DNA of 64,000 nt, taken from assembly GCA_024679065.1 (NCBI GenBank), contig JAGIQG010000027.1, positions 30,442,001-30,506,000 on the forward strand. Reading direction: 5' to 3'. Origin of the DNA: Sphyrna mokarran. Taxonomy: Eukaryota. Position numbers and translations under genes: made by a program. Of this stretch, positions 12,831 through 26,619 are shown one piece after another (positions within the stretch are counted from its first letter, which is position 1; each line of letters opens with the position of its first letter). Under the pieces are notes generated by a model. The model was not told where the DNA came from. It ran no database searches and saw only the letters and a list, made by a program, of their open reading frames with translations.

Positions 12831-14652
12831 TTCTGATTATCATTGTTCCATGAATGTACCTTTGAACTCCATTTTTAATATTTTATACAGAATTCTTGTT
12901 TTATTTGAGTTGAGGATTATCTCTTGCATTAATTTTCATACAAAGTTCTAGAGCGTTATTCTAATACTGGCTTTTTTATGCTAGCACTCAAAGCAAATTT
13001 CTTTATTTCTATTTTTCTAGTTTATTTTTCCACTGATAGTTAAGCATTTGCAGTATTTTAAAAATGCAATTAGCCAAACAGAGCAACAGTTAAAATACAA
13101 GTGGCATTCAAATGTTGATTGTATGAAAAATAGTTGGTTCTTTGAAAAATAGTGTGCGGTGTCATTCCTTTTTGAAATGGATATGTTCTCCATTTTCTAT
13201 AATTGGTTTTAAAGTCAGACACCCTTCCTGATAAAACAAATTTTGAATCCCTATGCACTGTTGATTGAGATGAGTTTGACTGATGCGTTTAAGCGTGCCA
13301 TATTTTTCTTGTCCCCATTGGCACATGGATGCTATAAGTCACCATAGGATAAATGAATGTAGCTTTGTAAAATGATTGCTACTGATTAAAATTCAGGTGA
13401 GAACATTTGGAGTTTAAAAAACTAATTAGGATCAAAATTAAATCTCTGCTGTGAAACAGATGATCAAACTCTTTTCCAGCTTTTGACCTACTACTAATAG
13501 GGAGACTTTGTGCTTTCATGCATAGAGTCATAATAGGACAGAACATGGCCATTCAGTCCATCAGTCTGTGCTGATTCTCTATTCCATTGAGTCCGATTCC
13601 ACTACTTGGCGAAGCCATGCTAGCTGCTTTAGCTTGAGCCAATTCAAATTCCTTTTTAATACATCACATATTTGGTAACATGATAAACTTCAGTAGAATC
13701 CATGGAGGAATCGCCATCATGAGACAACTGCGTCAAACAGCTCATCAATTGGATGAAAAACAGCAAAGTCTATTTATTCTAGCTAAAGTTTTCAAAATTG
13801 GCAGGATTTGTTCATATCAAGAATTCATGTACTCATCCAATGAATTAGGGAGGAAAAATAATTTTCCCTATTTCTTCTAGTATCCCTTCTGTCCTCCAAA
13901 TGTCTTCAAGATTGTGACAGTTGTGACTGTCTTCAAGGAAAATGATGAATCTTGCTGTGGAAACTTTCAGTCTTCCCCCCTCATCATAGCAAGGAAAATT
14001 ATGACACACATTTTCCTGAATCATCTATTCTGTAGAGATCCTCCCAGAGGCAGAATGTAACTTTAGACATTACATAGGTACATCTATCATGGAATGTGTT
14101 GCCAGACAAATCCAAGGAAAATATTCATAGTCATAGATCATAGAAACCCTACAGTGCAGAAAGAGGCCCTTTGGCCCATCAAGTCTGCACCGAACAGAAT
14201 CCCACCCAGGACCTATCCCCATACCCCTACATATTTTACCCACTAATCCCTCTAACCTACACATCTACAATAATAGAAAATGCAAAACATATCTATTTCA
14301 AAAAGGATTGACACCGCACACTATTTTTCAAAGAACCAACTATTTTTCATACAACCAACATTTGAATTCCGCTTATGTTTTAACTGTTGCTCTGTTTGCC
14401 CAATTACAAAAGTTAATCTGTGTTCTTAAAATATTGCAAATGCTTAACTAGCAGTGGAAAAATAAACCAGAAAAATAGAAAAAGAAATTTGCTTTGAGCG
14501 CTAGCATAAAAAAAGCAGTATTACAATAATGCTCTAGAGCTTTGTATGAAAATTAATGCGAGATAATCCTCAACTCAAATAAAACAAGGATTCTGTATAA
14601 AATATTATAAATGGAGTTCAAAGGTACATTCATGCAACAGTGACAATCAGGA
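12831..14652. repeat. Long inverted repeat: arms 12831-13205 and 14268-14652
   Basis: Direct reverse-complement match, e.g. tatgaaaaatagttggttctttgaaaaatagtgtgcggtgtca vs tgacaccgcacactatttttcaaagaaccaactatttttcata, with scattered mismatches and one short indel. Confidence 0.95.
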
Positions 14653-15020
14653 GCAGTTTTATGGCATGGCCAATCAACCTAACCTGCACATCTTTGAACT
14701 GTGGGAGGAAACTGGAATACCTGGAGGAAACCCACGCAGACATAAGGAGAATGTGCAGACTCCACACAGACAGTGACTTGAGCTGGGAATTGAACCCAGG
14801 TCCCTGGAGCTGTGAAGCAGCAGTGCTAACCACTGTGCTACCGTGCCACCCGCCGTAGTACAGAAGAACAACATCAGGAACTCTCCTTTGCATTTAGCAA
14901 AATCTCCAAAGCTTGACTCGTTAAATCATGAGGTTCTGTGAATTGTGCTCTATAAAAGTTTAGATGTTGAAGAAACTTCTTCACAATCCCTCAGTTGTTT
15001 CATGATGATGTGACAAATTT
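13880..15020 (+). mobile_element. Old RTE-clade LINE RT fragment, interrupted at about 14130-14855
   Basis: Degenerate 'VTVFK...EILPE..C.FR...ARQIQ.K' before the interruption and 'EQHQEL..AF...K..DS.N.E...LFHDD' after it. Confidence 0.6.
14130..14852 (-). mobile_element. V-SINE/HE1-like element, interrupted at 14268-14652
   Basis: Antisense head ggcacggtagcacagtggttagcactgctgc and V-core cttatgtctgcgtgggtttcctcc at 14653-14852; CR1-like tail at 14130-14267. Confidence 0.85.
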
Positions 15021-15244
15021 TCAACCGTTTCCACCAATTTGTAATTATCTTTGATAATTTGATAATACAATCTTTGATAATTTGTTACCACTTCTTGCAT
15101 GCTTCTTCTCCACAAATATAATTATTGCATGTGCTTTTGATAAAATCATAGCATTCTTATTGAGCTGTTCAGTCTATTGAGCCTGCACTAACTCTGACAG
15201 TGCATCTTACTCAGGCCTATCCCAGCAACCTTACATGGCTAAGC

Positions 15245-15413
15245 ATGGGAAACAATTTAGCATTGCCAAACCATCTAACCCACATGTTTGGACTGTGGGA
15301 GGAAACCCATGCAGGCACAGGGTGCAAACTCCACACAGTCGTCCAAGGTCAGAATTGAACTTGGCTCCCTAGAACTGAGGGGCAGCAATGCTAACTACTG
15401 TGCCGCAATGCCA
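15245..15413 (-). mobile_element. V-SINE/HE1-like degenerate copy
   Basis: ggactgtgggaggaaacccatgcagg...gcaatgctaactactgtgcc. Confidence 0.7.
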
Positions 15414-15589
15414 TGATTGGAATCTTTTACTTGTTGAACTATATTTGTGACAGGCTCAAATACCTGGTTGTGATGCAACTATTATAAATTGATGCACTGT
15501 TCTTAATTGAATAACACATCGCTATCTTAGTTCATGTTATCGCATCTTCGAGTAACTTATGTTTTGGCATTCTAAATAAAATGCTACGA

Positions 15590-16060
15590 AGCCCTGGTTG
15601 AAAGGGTTGAATTATGAGAGAAGGTTGCTTGCGTTCCCTTAAACATAGAAGATTTGAGCATGCTCTAATTCAGATATTTAAAATTATTGAAGGATTTGAC
15701 AGGGTAGATGGAGAGAATCTATTGTCTCGGTGGAGAAGTCCAGAACAAGTGGGCATTAATTAGGGAAATTTCATAGTAATGTTTCATGGCAGTGTTAATG
15801 TAAGCCTTCCTTGTGACTGATAAAATAAAGTGTGTGTGTTCAGGAATGATGTCAGGAAATGCTCATTTGCATAAAGGATAGTGAAAATCTATTACTCTCC
15901 CTGAACAGTTGAAGAAGTTGAGGCTAGATCAATTGAGATTCACAATAATTATGCAAAGGAATTACAAAACCAGTGGAGGGCAGTGAAGTTAAGAAAAAGA
16001 TCAGCCATGATTTAGTGGAATGTTGGAACTGATGTGAAGAGTGAATCATTATATCCATGT
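15590..16060 (+). mobile_element. CR1-like 3' fragment containing a short SINE-tail insert
   Basis: gaaggatttgacagggtagatggagaga...agatcagccatgatttagtggaatg. Confidence 0.55.
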
Positions 16061-16669
16061 TATATTCTTAATATCTCTATTGAGAACTTAACTTTAAGTC
16101 CGCCTAGTTGGCAGCTGGCAAGGAGTCATAGTTCGCTGAAATTCTGCAATTTTTTTTGAAGGTGTGGGGTTTGTCACTTGGTACAGCATAAGGCTATCTA
16201 TGTTGTGCAATATTCTGCATATCCTGTTCTGTCCATCGGATTTTGGACTCTGAAATCAAAGAAGTTCTTCTAAGCATTGGTTCAAAAGCCATCTCTCAAC
16301 ATTTGAATGTTGGTGTTTCAGTTCAGTTACATCATGAAAGTAAATTGTTTTATTTTTCTCTTTCCCTTTCTGCTCTGAAAATGGTTTAAGATGGAATTGT
16401 CAGGTTATGCCTATCCCCGATGCTTTTAAATGCATTGTTTTAAACTAGCTGCTGAATTGTTGGTGACCAGTGCAACCATGAAGATCATTATAATCAAAGT
16501 CAGATACCATATTCAGAGCCCCAGTTGTGCTTGTCAATGAAAATTTGCTTTAAGTAGCAATCCTTGACAATTTTCCATGTTTAGTTTTGCTTCTAAATGA
16601 TAAGACAATGGCACCATCCACGCTGAGGTGAGTGAACTTGAACACAAATCTTGGTTTTGGGTTACATGG

Positions 16670-17420
16670 AACATAGAATCATACAGTGCAGAAAGGCCCT
16701 TTGGCTCATCAAGTTGGTACTGACACATTAGAAACACCCTAATCCGTCTGCCAGCACTTGGCCCATAGTCCTGAATATTAAAATGTACCAAGTGCTTATC
16801 CAGATTTTTTTATTTTTATTTTTTTCGGCACAAAGAGAGACCCTTTGGCCCAAACTGCTCATGCCAACCAAAATACCCATCTAAGCTAACTCATTTACCT
16901 ACATTTGGCCTGTATCCCTCTAAACCTTTCCTATCGATACATCTGTCCAAATGCCTTTTAAATGTTGTCAATGTCCCTCCTCAACCACTTCCTCTTGCAG
17001 CTTATTCCACACATGTACCACCCTCTTGTAAACAAAAAAAATTGCTCCTCATGTTCTCATTAATTCTTTCCCCTCTTAAACCTGTACCCTCTAGTTCTCG
17101 ATTCCCCAATCTGGGAAAAAGACTGAGTGCATTTGACCTATTCCTGCATCTCATGATGTTATACACCCTATAAGATCACCTCTCAGGCTCCTACGCTCCA
17201 AAGAGAAAAGTCCTAGCCTGTCTGACCTCTTCCTATAACTCAGTCCCTTGCATCTTGACAACATCGTTGTAAATATCCTCTTCACTCTCTTCAATTTAAT
17301 AATATCTTACCAACAGCACAATATTCCAGATGTGATCTCACCAATGTCCTGTACAACTGCAGCAAACTTCCCAACTTTATACTTAATGCCCTGAGTGTTG
17401 AAGGCCAACATGCCATTTGT
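16670..17420 (-). mobile_element. CR1-like 3' fragments (two tails)
   Basis: catagaatcatacagtgcagaaaggccctttgg tail; cacaatattccagatgtgatctcaccaatgtcctgtaca. Confidence 0.75.
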
Positions 17421-17689
17421 CTTTTGATGAATTTGGTGAAGGAAAGGAAAAAAGGCAAAAACCCCAATCGTTTGTCCGAAGAGCCAAGTCCCAGATGGGA
17501 CAGAAGAGGTCCAAGTTAAAAAAAAATGGAGCAGAGGAACAGTCTCCAAGCAGAGGGAGAACTGTGGTTGACAAACTTTTAAGTAGTGCTTGGGAGAAGC
17601 ACTGAAGATCAAAAAAGGCAGCAGAAGGTTAGTCATTCTGTCATGTTCTACTCAATGCAGCCAAAGAACTGAACTTATGTTTGAGAGTT

Positions 17690-18020
17690 CGTGCTGCACT
17701 GTGGGTGTACCTACACCGCGTGGACTGCAGTGGTTCAAAAAGGTAACTCACCATCTTCACCTCGAGGATTAGCGTTGGGCAATAAAAATGCTTTTCTGGC
17801 CAGTAATATCCTCATCCCATGAAAGAATATTTTATAAAAATCAGGAGAATCCTGCAAACTCCAAAGATGTGGGATAAGTGGATTGGCCATGCTAAATTGT
17901 CCTTTCGTGTCAAGGGGACTAGCAGGATAAATACATGGAGTTACAAGGACAGGGTTGGGTGGGATTGTTGTTGGTGCAGGCTTTATGGGTCAAATGGCCT
18001 TCTTCTGTAGGGATTCTATA
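17690..18020 (+). mobile_element. LINE 3' tail followed by a partial V-SINE
   Basis: ggactgcagtggttcaaaaagg...gggcaataaaaatgct...atcccatgaaagaat, then gattggccatgctaaattg...ctgtagggattcta. Confidence 0.6.
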
Positions 18021-19009
18021 CCAGAGTTCGGTCCATGAGAGGCAGTCTGAATTGAAATGACTTTTGAAGTGAATTCTAAGGCTAGATCCTTGAAGATGAA
18101 GACTGAAATCCCTTATGAGCAACACAGAGATCCAATAAGATTGATTTGACCTAGTTTGCTGACTTTTGGTTGGATTGCTGAGAAATCTGTGGATCTGCCT
18201 TGGTCACGATTGACACTTGTGCAGTTTAATGTGTTCAACTAGTTTGCCTGTTAACTCACGTGTTTCATGTTAACCCTGAATGTTGACGTACAAGACAAAT
18301 ATTGTAAATTGCTTTATCTTTTTGGCCTTTATGTAGTAAAATTTTTGTTTAAAAACCATGAAATCTTGTAGCTTTAGCAAGTACCTTTCGTGTCAAACTT
18401 TGTTTATCTTAAACAGTTACTGGTCAGTAACTGAATCATATCAAAACTTGGAGGAGTCTGGTTCAGGATGACAACAATATCTTAGAATTGAGTTTAGAAG
18501 AGCTAGAGTTGTTTCACCGATTTAACATTACATTTAATTTCCCACGATGAAATTAACAATTAGTGCTCATTAGGAGCTATTTCATTCTTTTGTGCACAAA
18601 ATAATATTTTCACAGTACAACAAAATAACATGGACAAACGCTTCTTTGCTCATATGTAATACACCTTTGTTCAGGACAAAACACAATCACAAAATCAGGA
18701 TTATAATCTCAAGGGAATGAAGTTCAGGATTAGTGATGAAGTGCAAAATAGTATCACCATCCACAGAGCTTGAAAACCCAGAGCCATGATAGGATCCATC
18801 CAGAATTTCACCAAAGTCTTTGTGTTCCACCATGTCATTGTCCTGGAGCTCTGGCAAGAAATGCCTAGATTCTAGTGAATGGCAAGGACCCGAGCCAACT
18901 TGCATGGCAACCTTCAACTCTCCTCGACGAACACAGAGGACCGGACAATGTAGGAGCAGTAATTGGAGTCTTCGGCTGACCCCTAATGTCAAAGACTAGA
19001 AACAACATG

Positions 19010-20052
19010 TTGAGCCGATGTTTGGGTGTAAAAACTTGGTAAAGATGGGTGTGAAACGAGTAGCATGATCCTCACTAGCCTCTGCGTCAGTTCCTCTTTT
19101 CTAAGGCCCAAAAATGGCCATGATTAGGACCATGCCCAAAACGGGAGTAACACCATTTAAATGCGTTTGTGTGCATTTAAATTGACTTAACGGACTGCAC
19201 ACCCAACTTTACCAGCACTCCCCCCTTTATTACCATGTTCGCCCGTTCAGATTCGGTGCAAAACAGACATCCTGTACACAAGTCTAGTTAGTGAGGAGGT
19301 AAGTGCTAGTGTCTGACAGCCTAGTGTTTGAGATTGGTTGGGGGGGAGGGGAAGGAGAAGGTGGGTTCACTGCCATGCTACCTCAGATCAGCAAGTAGCA
19401 ACAGGGGGAGGTCTGTTCCTACTGTGCCTGTGATCACTGAAGGGGGTAAGCACCCTTTGCCACTCTGCCTGAGATCGGAGGGGATCAGAAGAAGGGAGTA
19501 GGGGCCCATGATCAGTTTGGGTGGGGGGGGGGGGGGGGGGGGGGGGGGTTTGGTGGGGAGGATCAGTAATGTTGTGGGGGTCGGGGAGGCATTATCCAGC
19601 CCGGGAGGATGTGGGTAAGGGAATAACATTCTGTCATTTTTTCTGTGCACGCACAGTTGGAGGTGCAGATTGCAGTTGCAAAATTTTGGGCATATTAAGC
19701 CCCACCCACAGGCTTGTGCAGTGCAATTCAGAATTGCTGATATTTTTTCAGGTAGAGTGTGGCTGAGGATGCCTGAGAAAGATCTAATGGAATTCCGTGG
19801 AATGCCCTGCCTGCAGTAGTTGTGGACTCGTCAAGTTTAAGGGCGTTCAAATGGGCAATGGATAGGCATATGGATAGCATTGGAATAGTTTAGGATACAA
19901 GGTCATAAAATTGGTTACGTTGGTCGGTGCAACATCGAGGGCTGAAGGGCCTGTACTGCACTGTTATGTTCAATGTTCTAAAAGTTAGGTCTGAAGCACT
20001 CCCAATTTCAAGTCTACCCAGCACTTAAAATCAAAATGGTAAAATAGGGCCT
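19010..20052. repeat. GC-richer interspersed repeat of uncertain class with a nested CR1 tail (about 19790-19980) and poly-G (19523-19548)
   Basis: Composition shift, terminus aatggtaaaatagggcc, and CR1-type tail catcgagggctgaagggcctgtactg. Confidence 0.45.
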
Positions 20053-20483
20053 AATGTGTTTCATTGAATCTGAGATACCCAGCCCTCAAATGAAGATTGA
20101 AGGCATGGCAGCCAATTGTCAAAGTTGGCAGCAATTCACCATCGGCATCCATCTTGAGACAGGATGCATGGATGTCTGTTCTACGACTACATCTTCTGAG
20201 TCAGCCAAGGTGTATACAACACACCATGCAGCAGGATTTCCAAGAAATGAAAGTGAACCTTCACTGAGGAAACTGCTCATTCCATTGACAGGTCTTCCCC
20301 TCTGCTGCTTCGATTATCTTTTAGATATCTTGCAGTTCATCGATATGCACACCTGTGCATGGGAGTTGAGATCGCCATCCACACTTACATGCTTAATGAC
20401 AGGCAATATCATCACCAAAGCATAGGTCTGGTCACCAGCAAAACCAACACTCTGAACTTACCCCCCCCCCCCCTTCCCCCCGC

Positions 20484-20619
20484 NNNNNNNNNNNNNNNNN
20501 NNNNNNNNNNNNNNNNNNNNNNNNNNNNNNNNNNNNNNNNNNNNNNNNNNNNNNNNNNNNNNNNNNNNNNNNNNNNNNNNNNNNNNNNNNNNNNNNNNNN
20601 NNNNNNNNNNNNNNNNNNN
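20484..20619. other. Assembly gap (136 N) flanked by poly-C and CA-rich simple repeat
   Basis: Seen directly. Confidence 1.
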
Positions 20620-23600
20620 CACGCACACACACACGCTCGCTCCGCTCACACGCACACACACTCTCGCTCTGCTGACACTTAAATTCTTATAAACTCTGGC
20701 TGTCTCTGACCCCCTCCATTAAGCAAGTATTTTCTTGGCTTAGCTTTGCCCCCTTTTGCCAAAATTTAGCCAGGATCTTTCAGGATCATAGCACGGAATG
20801 TATACATAGGATCAGATAATTATGGGTTGTGCATCAGGATAACAAAAAGGATAAAACTTGTTACTAATATGCCGTCTAATTAGATATTTCATACATGATA
20901 TATATTGTATATTTTTTCACTATGCAATTTTTATATATCTTACCACAGAGTATCTATGGCACGTGTGTGTAATGTATATTTTTACATATAGTGTATGTGT
21001 GCTTACATATATTTACCAGAATGATGGGGAGTGGGAAAGCTTGATCTTGGTTTCGAACATAGCTTGGCACATCGTTGAGGGCCGAGAGGCCTGTACTGTT
21101 CTATGTTCTGTCTATTCTGTTTTCAGTAGATCAGCAGGGGCTGCAATTAAAGAGGGGCAAATAAATGTTGATAGGAGCAGAAATGGAGAACCACAAGAAA
21201 AATTGCAAGTTTCCCTGAAGATGTTTTCTCAACAACAGTCTTGTCAAGTGTCCAAATTTAGAAATCTTAACTGGAAGCTTCAAATATGTAGTGTCATGGG
21301 AATGCAAACCTGTTGTAACTCTATTTCAAGCTAAATAATTTATATTTCTGCTTTCTAGATTGCTGGCTTATTGTCCATGGAAGACTTAATGAATACTCTA
21401 GTCACTGCTTTGTTTTATGTTAAGTGGGCAAGCCTTCTGAATTTAGAATAATCATTGCAAAACCAAGAACGCTATATTTTAATCACACACACTCTGTTAA
21501 GAATCAGTGTTGAAATACCAGCCTTGATTTAGTGGTATCACCTTTGAGTGAAAAGTTCATGCATTCAAGCCCCATTGCAGAAATTTGAGGACTTAATCTA
21601 AGCTGATAATTCAGTTCAGCATTAAATTCTTTTTTAAGTTGCAGTTTATTTTATTAGATTTCTCATAAACTTTCCTTCTGTTTATTCTCACATCACATGC
21701 ACCAATCAGCAGGTACTAAATACTTATTGCCTCCTTACATAAACTCATAGTTCGTTGCAGAATCTTGTATTTGTTCTTTCTCAAATCTCAAAAATTGTGG
21801 AACACTTCTCTTTTGTCAGTTTATCGTTCTCACAATTGACAAGTTTCTAAAATAAGTATAGATTGTCTTAACAGTAAATGTATTGTCCATAAACTTTAGA
21901 GAGATTACCTTCCATTCAGTTTCAGTATATCATGGGAATTTTTTTGGCAAGCAATAATTTCCTTTACTCAAAACAAGAATGATGTTTTTCCCTGGTTAGA
22001 TTGATCTTGCACCTTCGCACAATGGTTGGTGCTGCTGCTTCACAGCGCCAGGGACCTGGGTTTAATTCATAGTCTTTGTAGAATTTGCACATTTTCTGGA
22101 ATTCTGATTTCTATGATCTTTGATTTCTCAATTGTCCCACTATTAATATTGCTGTGTTATCACCTAAGGCCTGATAATTGTGGGAAGACTGATCCAATCT
22201 TCCTTTAAAACTGCAAAATAGAATATATTTTTCGATGAACGATAAAACTGAATGACTTCTCTTCCATGTACATGCTTAACCAGAAAATGGGTGCAATGAA
22301 TATCATTTAAAACATAATGGGCAGAATATTGTTTGAATGTTACTCTGAGCTTTGGCCTTAAACTAAAATTCTCAATTTTAAAAGAAAGTGAATTCAGTTC
22401 AACTGTACAGTGCAATCCTTTCATAGCAGTTCTAATCATTTTGTGATTAAAACTGATTGTTTTGAACGGCAGCCTGCTCCAATCAATCTGATTGCCTAAG
22501 GCAGATGATCAGCAGTGGTGTCAATCAAAGCAATTCCGAGTTCCATTCTCAGGAACTTATTTTGTTGATCTCAAAGGATGTTATTTCAATGCCACGTTTC
22601 CACATAGCATTTTATCCCTACCAATCCCAAGAGAGAATGTTGTCTTGAATAGAGCTGTAAATGGAGAATATGTGGGGAACATGCTATATTTTCTTCTTGC
22701 CTATATGGTTCTGTGTGTGATGTCTGATGCTTAAAGTCTAAACCTTGACTCTGCCAATGTGTGTCTAAGACTTCTAACCCTAGCTAATTGAGATGTGTTG
22801 GGACTTTGAAAAAGGAAACACGTTGTTTTGTGGAGACAGGGACACAGTAACTTGCTTTGTCACCAGAACCACGTTGCTGGTTTTCTACATATCGGATGCT
22901 GAGTAAAAAGAAAATAGTATTCCTCAAATGGGCATTGTTTGTACAAATAAATCACTAGTTTCATGATGGCATTGTTTTTATACATGACAATAAATTTGTG
23001 TTTTGCACGAAATGTACTGATAATAGCTATAACATACTTTTTTCCCAAATGCTCAAGTACAAAAAACATCTATTGTAGTAATAGTACTGATTTATTTACT
23101 GCTTCTAATTTTCGACACTTGTGCATTGACATTTTATAATCGTGTTAATTTTTTTCTAGATTTTCACTAGCTTTTATTTGCATCGGGCAGTTTTGAGAGT
23201 GCTTTTATTTCTAGTTGGTTGTTCTGTCATTAATTTGTTGCACATCCGATCACTAAATTCTTCCTTGGACATTTCAGACATAATCCAAATAAGTATTATG
23301 GCCTTGTATTTATCTGGATGAGGAAGTGTAATTATAATGCTTGAGTTTATTCTCCTAGTTCTGCAATATATGAAACACTCTTGTATTAACAAGACATGCC
23401 TTTTATGTTAAGACTGCTATTTGGTTTGATTATTTTGACTTATGATGACCACCATGTCTTATGATTTCAATATGGTCTTCAATAAGTGAGACTTAACAGT
23501 TTGTATGTTGCTTAAAACAAAATGATTAGAAAAAACATTTCTGCAATCAGTGTAGCTTATTCATTAAACTTTTACAATGTGATGGATCATCGCTGCTGTG

Positions 23601-24553
23601 CCAAGGCAATCCTGTTCAAATATTTTATTCAGGACAAATCATAATTTATTTTACCAGAACTTGATGACACAGTTTGGAATTTAGGACTACTAAAATTAGC
23701 ATTCAGCGACCATCACATTATCATCGTTTAGTGGAAAAAGTTAAAAGGTTATTTTTTAAAAACTGGCTTTTAGCTACATAGCAATCTGTTTCTGAATTTG
23801 ACCTTGACAGTGAAAGCCTATTGAGGGAACCTAAGTGTATAGTATTCCAATGCAAAAGGTTTTGCAAAACTGTCTTTTTGTGTTAAATCTGTTTCTTTCT
23901 GCAGCCATTTGTTTCTTGGTCAATTTTCTTCTTGCTTCCTTTTTCATATTTCTGTTTAGTTGGATTCGAGCAGTTTATTTCTCATTGAATACCATTCAAC
24001 AATGGTATTTTGTTCTGTTGTTTGTTTCTCTTGTTTTTTCCCCACTATTTGAAGATGTATAGCTTCAATTACAGGCTAGCAGGCCACATGAAAAAATGAG
24101 AATCATACAGCCAATTGAAACATTTAGGCTTTTAGAATTTGTCAGTTTGACAGCATGCCTTAAAAACTAGAAAAAGAAAGTTCATATCTTTCAAACCCAG
24201 TTACTCATAGCCATCCGTTCATAGGAAAGCAGTTGGTAACACATTCATCATTATATATGATGTTTTCGAGCAACTCTTGAAAGAAAACTCACCAAACAGA
24301 GCCTTCTGCATGCTCCTGGATCAATTCAAATATTTTTTCTTAACTAGGCTTCTGGAGCATTCCTAGTTTGTCAAATAGTTTTGTCATTTGTGTTGTACAT
24401 TCTTTTTGAATAACTGGAGCTATAATTGACAATAATTGTCAGTTGCTTTTGACTTTTAGGGATACCCTTTTAAGAGTATATAAAGTACCTTGATTCCATG
24501 TTCATAAAAAATGTCTTCTCAGTCCACCTGTAATTTTGCATAATGGATTACAG

Positions 24554-24988
24554 CAGAGGTTCCCAATCTTTATATGTCATGGCACACCTTTTGTTTTCTC
24601 CATCGGCTTACCTTACTGGGAACTTCTTAAAAAAAAATCTCTCCCTGATTTCACCCCTTTTTTTTAAAAAAATCTCTGTCTCTCTCACTTCTCCCAAGGT
24701 TGCGCTCTTTTTGAGTTTTTGCTTTTTGTGTGGATACTTGGATCTTTTGTTTTCGATCCAAGTCTTGTTGGTCACATGCATGGGCCTGTCCAACATAAAA
24801 GTCTAAACCACGCATGTGCGGCTCTTTCCCAATCAGCACATGTGTGGGAGGCCCAAGATCCATTGGTTCTTGGAAATGACAACTACAGAGCTGAAGACAT
24901 GGTTCTCTGCATTTTGAATCATTTTAAATCTTTTTACGTGACACATGGGAGGGGTGGGTCTTCACGGTACACTGGTCGAAAAACACTG
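24554..24988. mobile_element. hAT-Charlie-like MITE
   Basis: Termini cagaggttcccaa / tcgaaaaacactg; imperfect 8-bp TSD gattacag / gatcagag. Confidence 0.65.
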
Positions 24989-26619
24989 GATCAGAGTATG
25001 TTCTCATACTAATTGTTGTGGCATGATTGTGCAACTCAACATGCAACATGTAAATATATGTTCTGTCAATAATTGTGAATGTTAAAACAATGTGGCCCTC
25101 AATCCATGACTAATTTGTTCCAAGTGAACAGCATACAATTTTTAATGTTCCAATAAAGGTCAATAACAATCTTTAAGTGAACTGTTTGTGACTTGTGTAG
25201 ATTATATCAAATCCATATTTAATGCTTGTGGTTACTGAGAAAAGTGTTAGTTGAGTAGTAAGATTGATGTAATCATGGAGGTGATGTCAACTTCCATCTT
25301 TCTTACCCACATAATGATGGTGCTGTTTGTTTCATGTTTGTTTTCAAACTTGTATGATGGTGACTAAAATATTTTCAATTAAAAGCAGACTTTAATACCT
25401 GCTGACTCTCTGTCACAGTTGGAGGGATTGTGGAAGGAATGCGTTAATGCTTCATGCACATTAAGTAGTTTACACTTGAGTGACAGATGTTGCAGAACTC
25501 TCTCCACCCTGTGAAGAAGATGACCGTTATTGGTCACTAATGGTGTCAATGGCAGTTATGTACTGTCAAGCTAGACACTTAAAGCACTTATTTAGCCTGT
25601 CAGTTAAAAATGCAGAATAATATGCTGTCGGTAGCTAATTATTGAAATTTGCATAGGAATGACTTGGGCTCAAGACAATCTGCACCAATGCCTTTCTTTT
25701 TGTAGACGCTATTATATAGCAGTGAAAACTTTACAATGTTGAGACAGCATGATTAGTTATATCAAACAATGAAAAACAGCAGAGACAAAAACAACAGCTT
25801 TGGGATTCTTAAATTCCAAAAACAATGAGATTAGTTTTGCCCAAGATGAATCAAAACTTGAATTGCTAATCGAAACAATAGAGGCAAAGACATCTGCAGT
25901 GCAACAATGTTGAAACTGTCAGGGGTGCTTTTAGTCTGGATTTCACTTGGCAATTCTGTGTGAAATCAAGCATTTTGATTTTGGATTTCTTTTGAACAAC
26001 TTTTTCAAAGCTTTTGGTTTTTTAAGCTTTGTGGATTTTATTAAAAACCTTTTTAAGTGGATAGATTGTACAGTTACTCCTTTGTAATATGTATGTGTTT
26101 TTTGGTTGGTTTATCAAGTGAGCTTTCTAATCTTCTAGCTTTCAGTCTGGTGATTATTTGATTTCAGGTGTAGATGGCAAGGAAAGCATACTTGTAACAC
26201 ATCTTGCTTATTTATCTGGCCCTTCCTTTTAAGAGTCTGACATGCTGAACTTTGAAATGATTGGTACTGGAAAAATTGCACTCTTTAACTCATCAAAGTT
26301 GATGAGCTTTTGATTCATCCAGCATAGATATTTTATAATTTTGCAGTGCCATTGCAGTATTTCCTTTTGACTAAATTGAAGATTATTTTAGGGCATAAGG
26401 GGTGAGGAGGAAGGCAAAGCAAATGTATAGTTCTGATCAAGAGGCACCACTGTCCCTTTTCATTGTTTCCTCAGTAAAAGTTTGCAAAAAAGGCTATATC
26501 TTTGCTCGTATTGGGTTTGAAAATAGTGGGGTTTTGCCTAGAAGATCAGGCTTCAAATTCTAGACTCCACTAACTTTGGCATTTATGCTTCCATTGGACC
26601 TTGACTACTTTTTATGCTT

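Noticed and set aside
14630-14893. ORFs over SINEs (also 41412-41633, 48240-48529, 63127-63345)
   Set aside because: Chance translations of V-SINE sequence.
19378-19766. Poly-Pro/poly-Gly ORFs and possible G-quadruplex
   Set aside because: Produced by a G homopolymer inside a repeat; length is assembly-sensitive.
20359-20682. ORFs spanning the N run
   Set aside because: Artefacts of the assembly gap.
20858-21334. 158-aa ORF
   Set aside because: Runs through TA/TG low-complexity sequence and a CR1 tail; no recognisable protein features.
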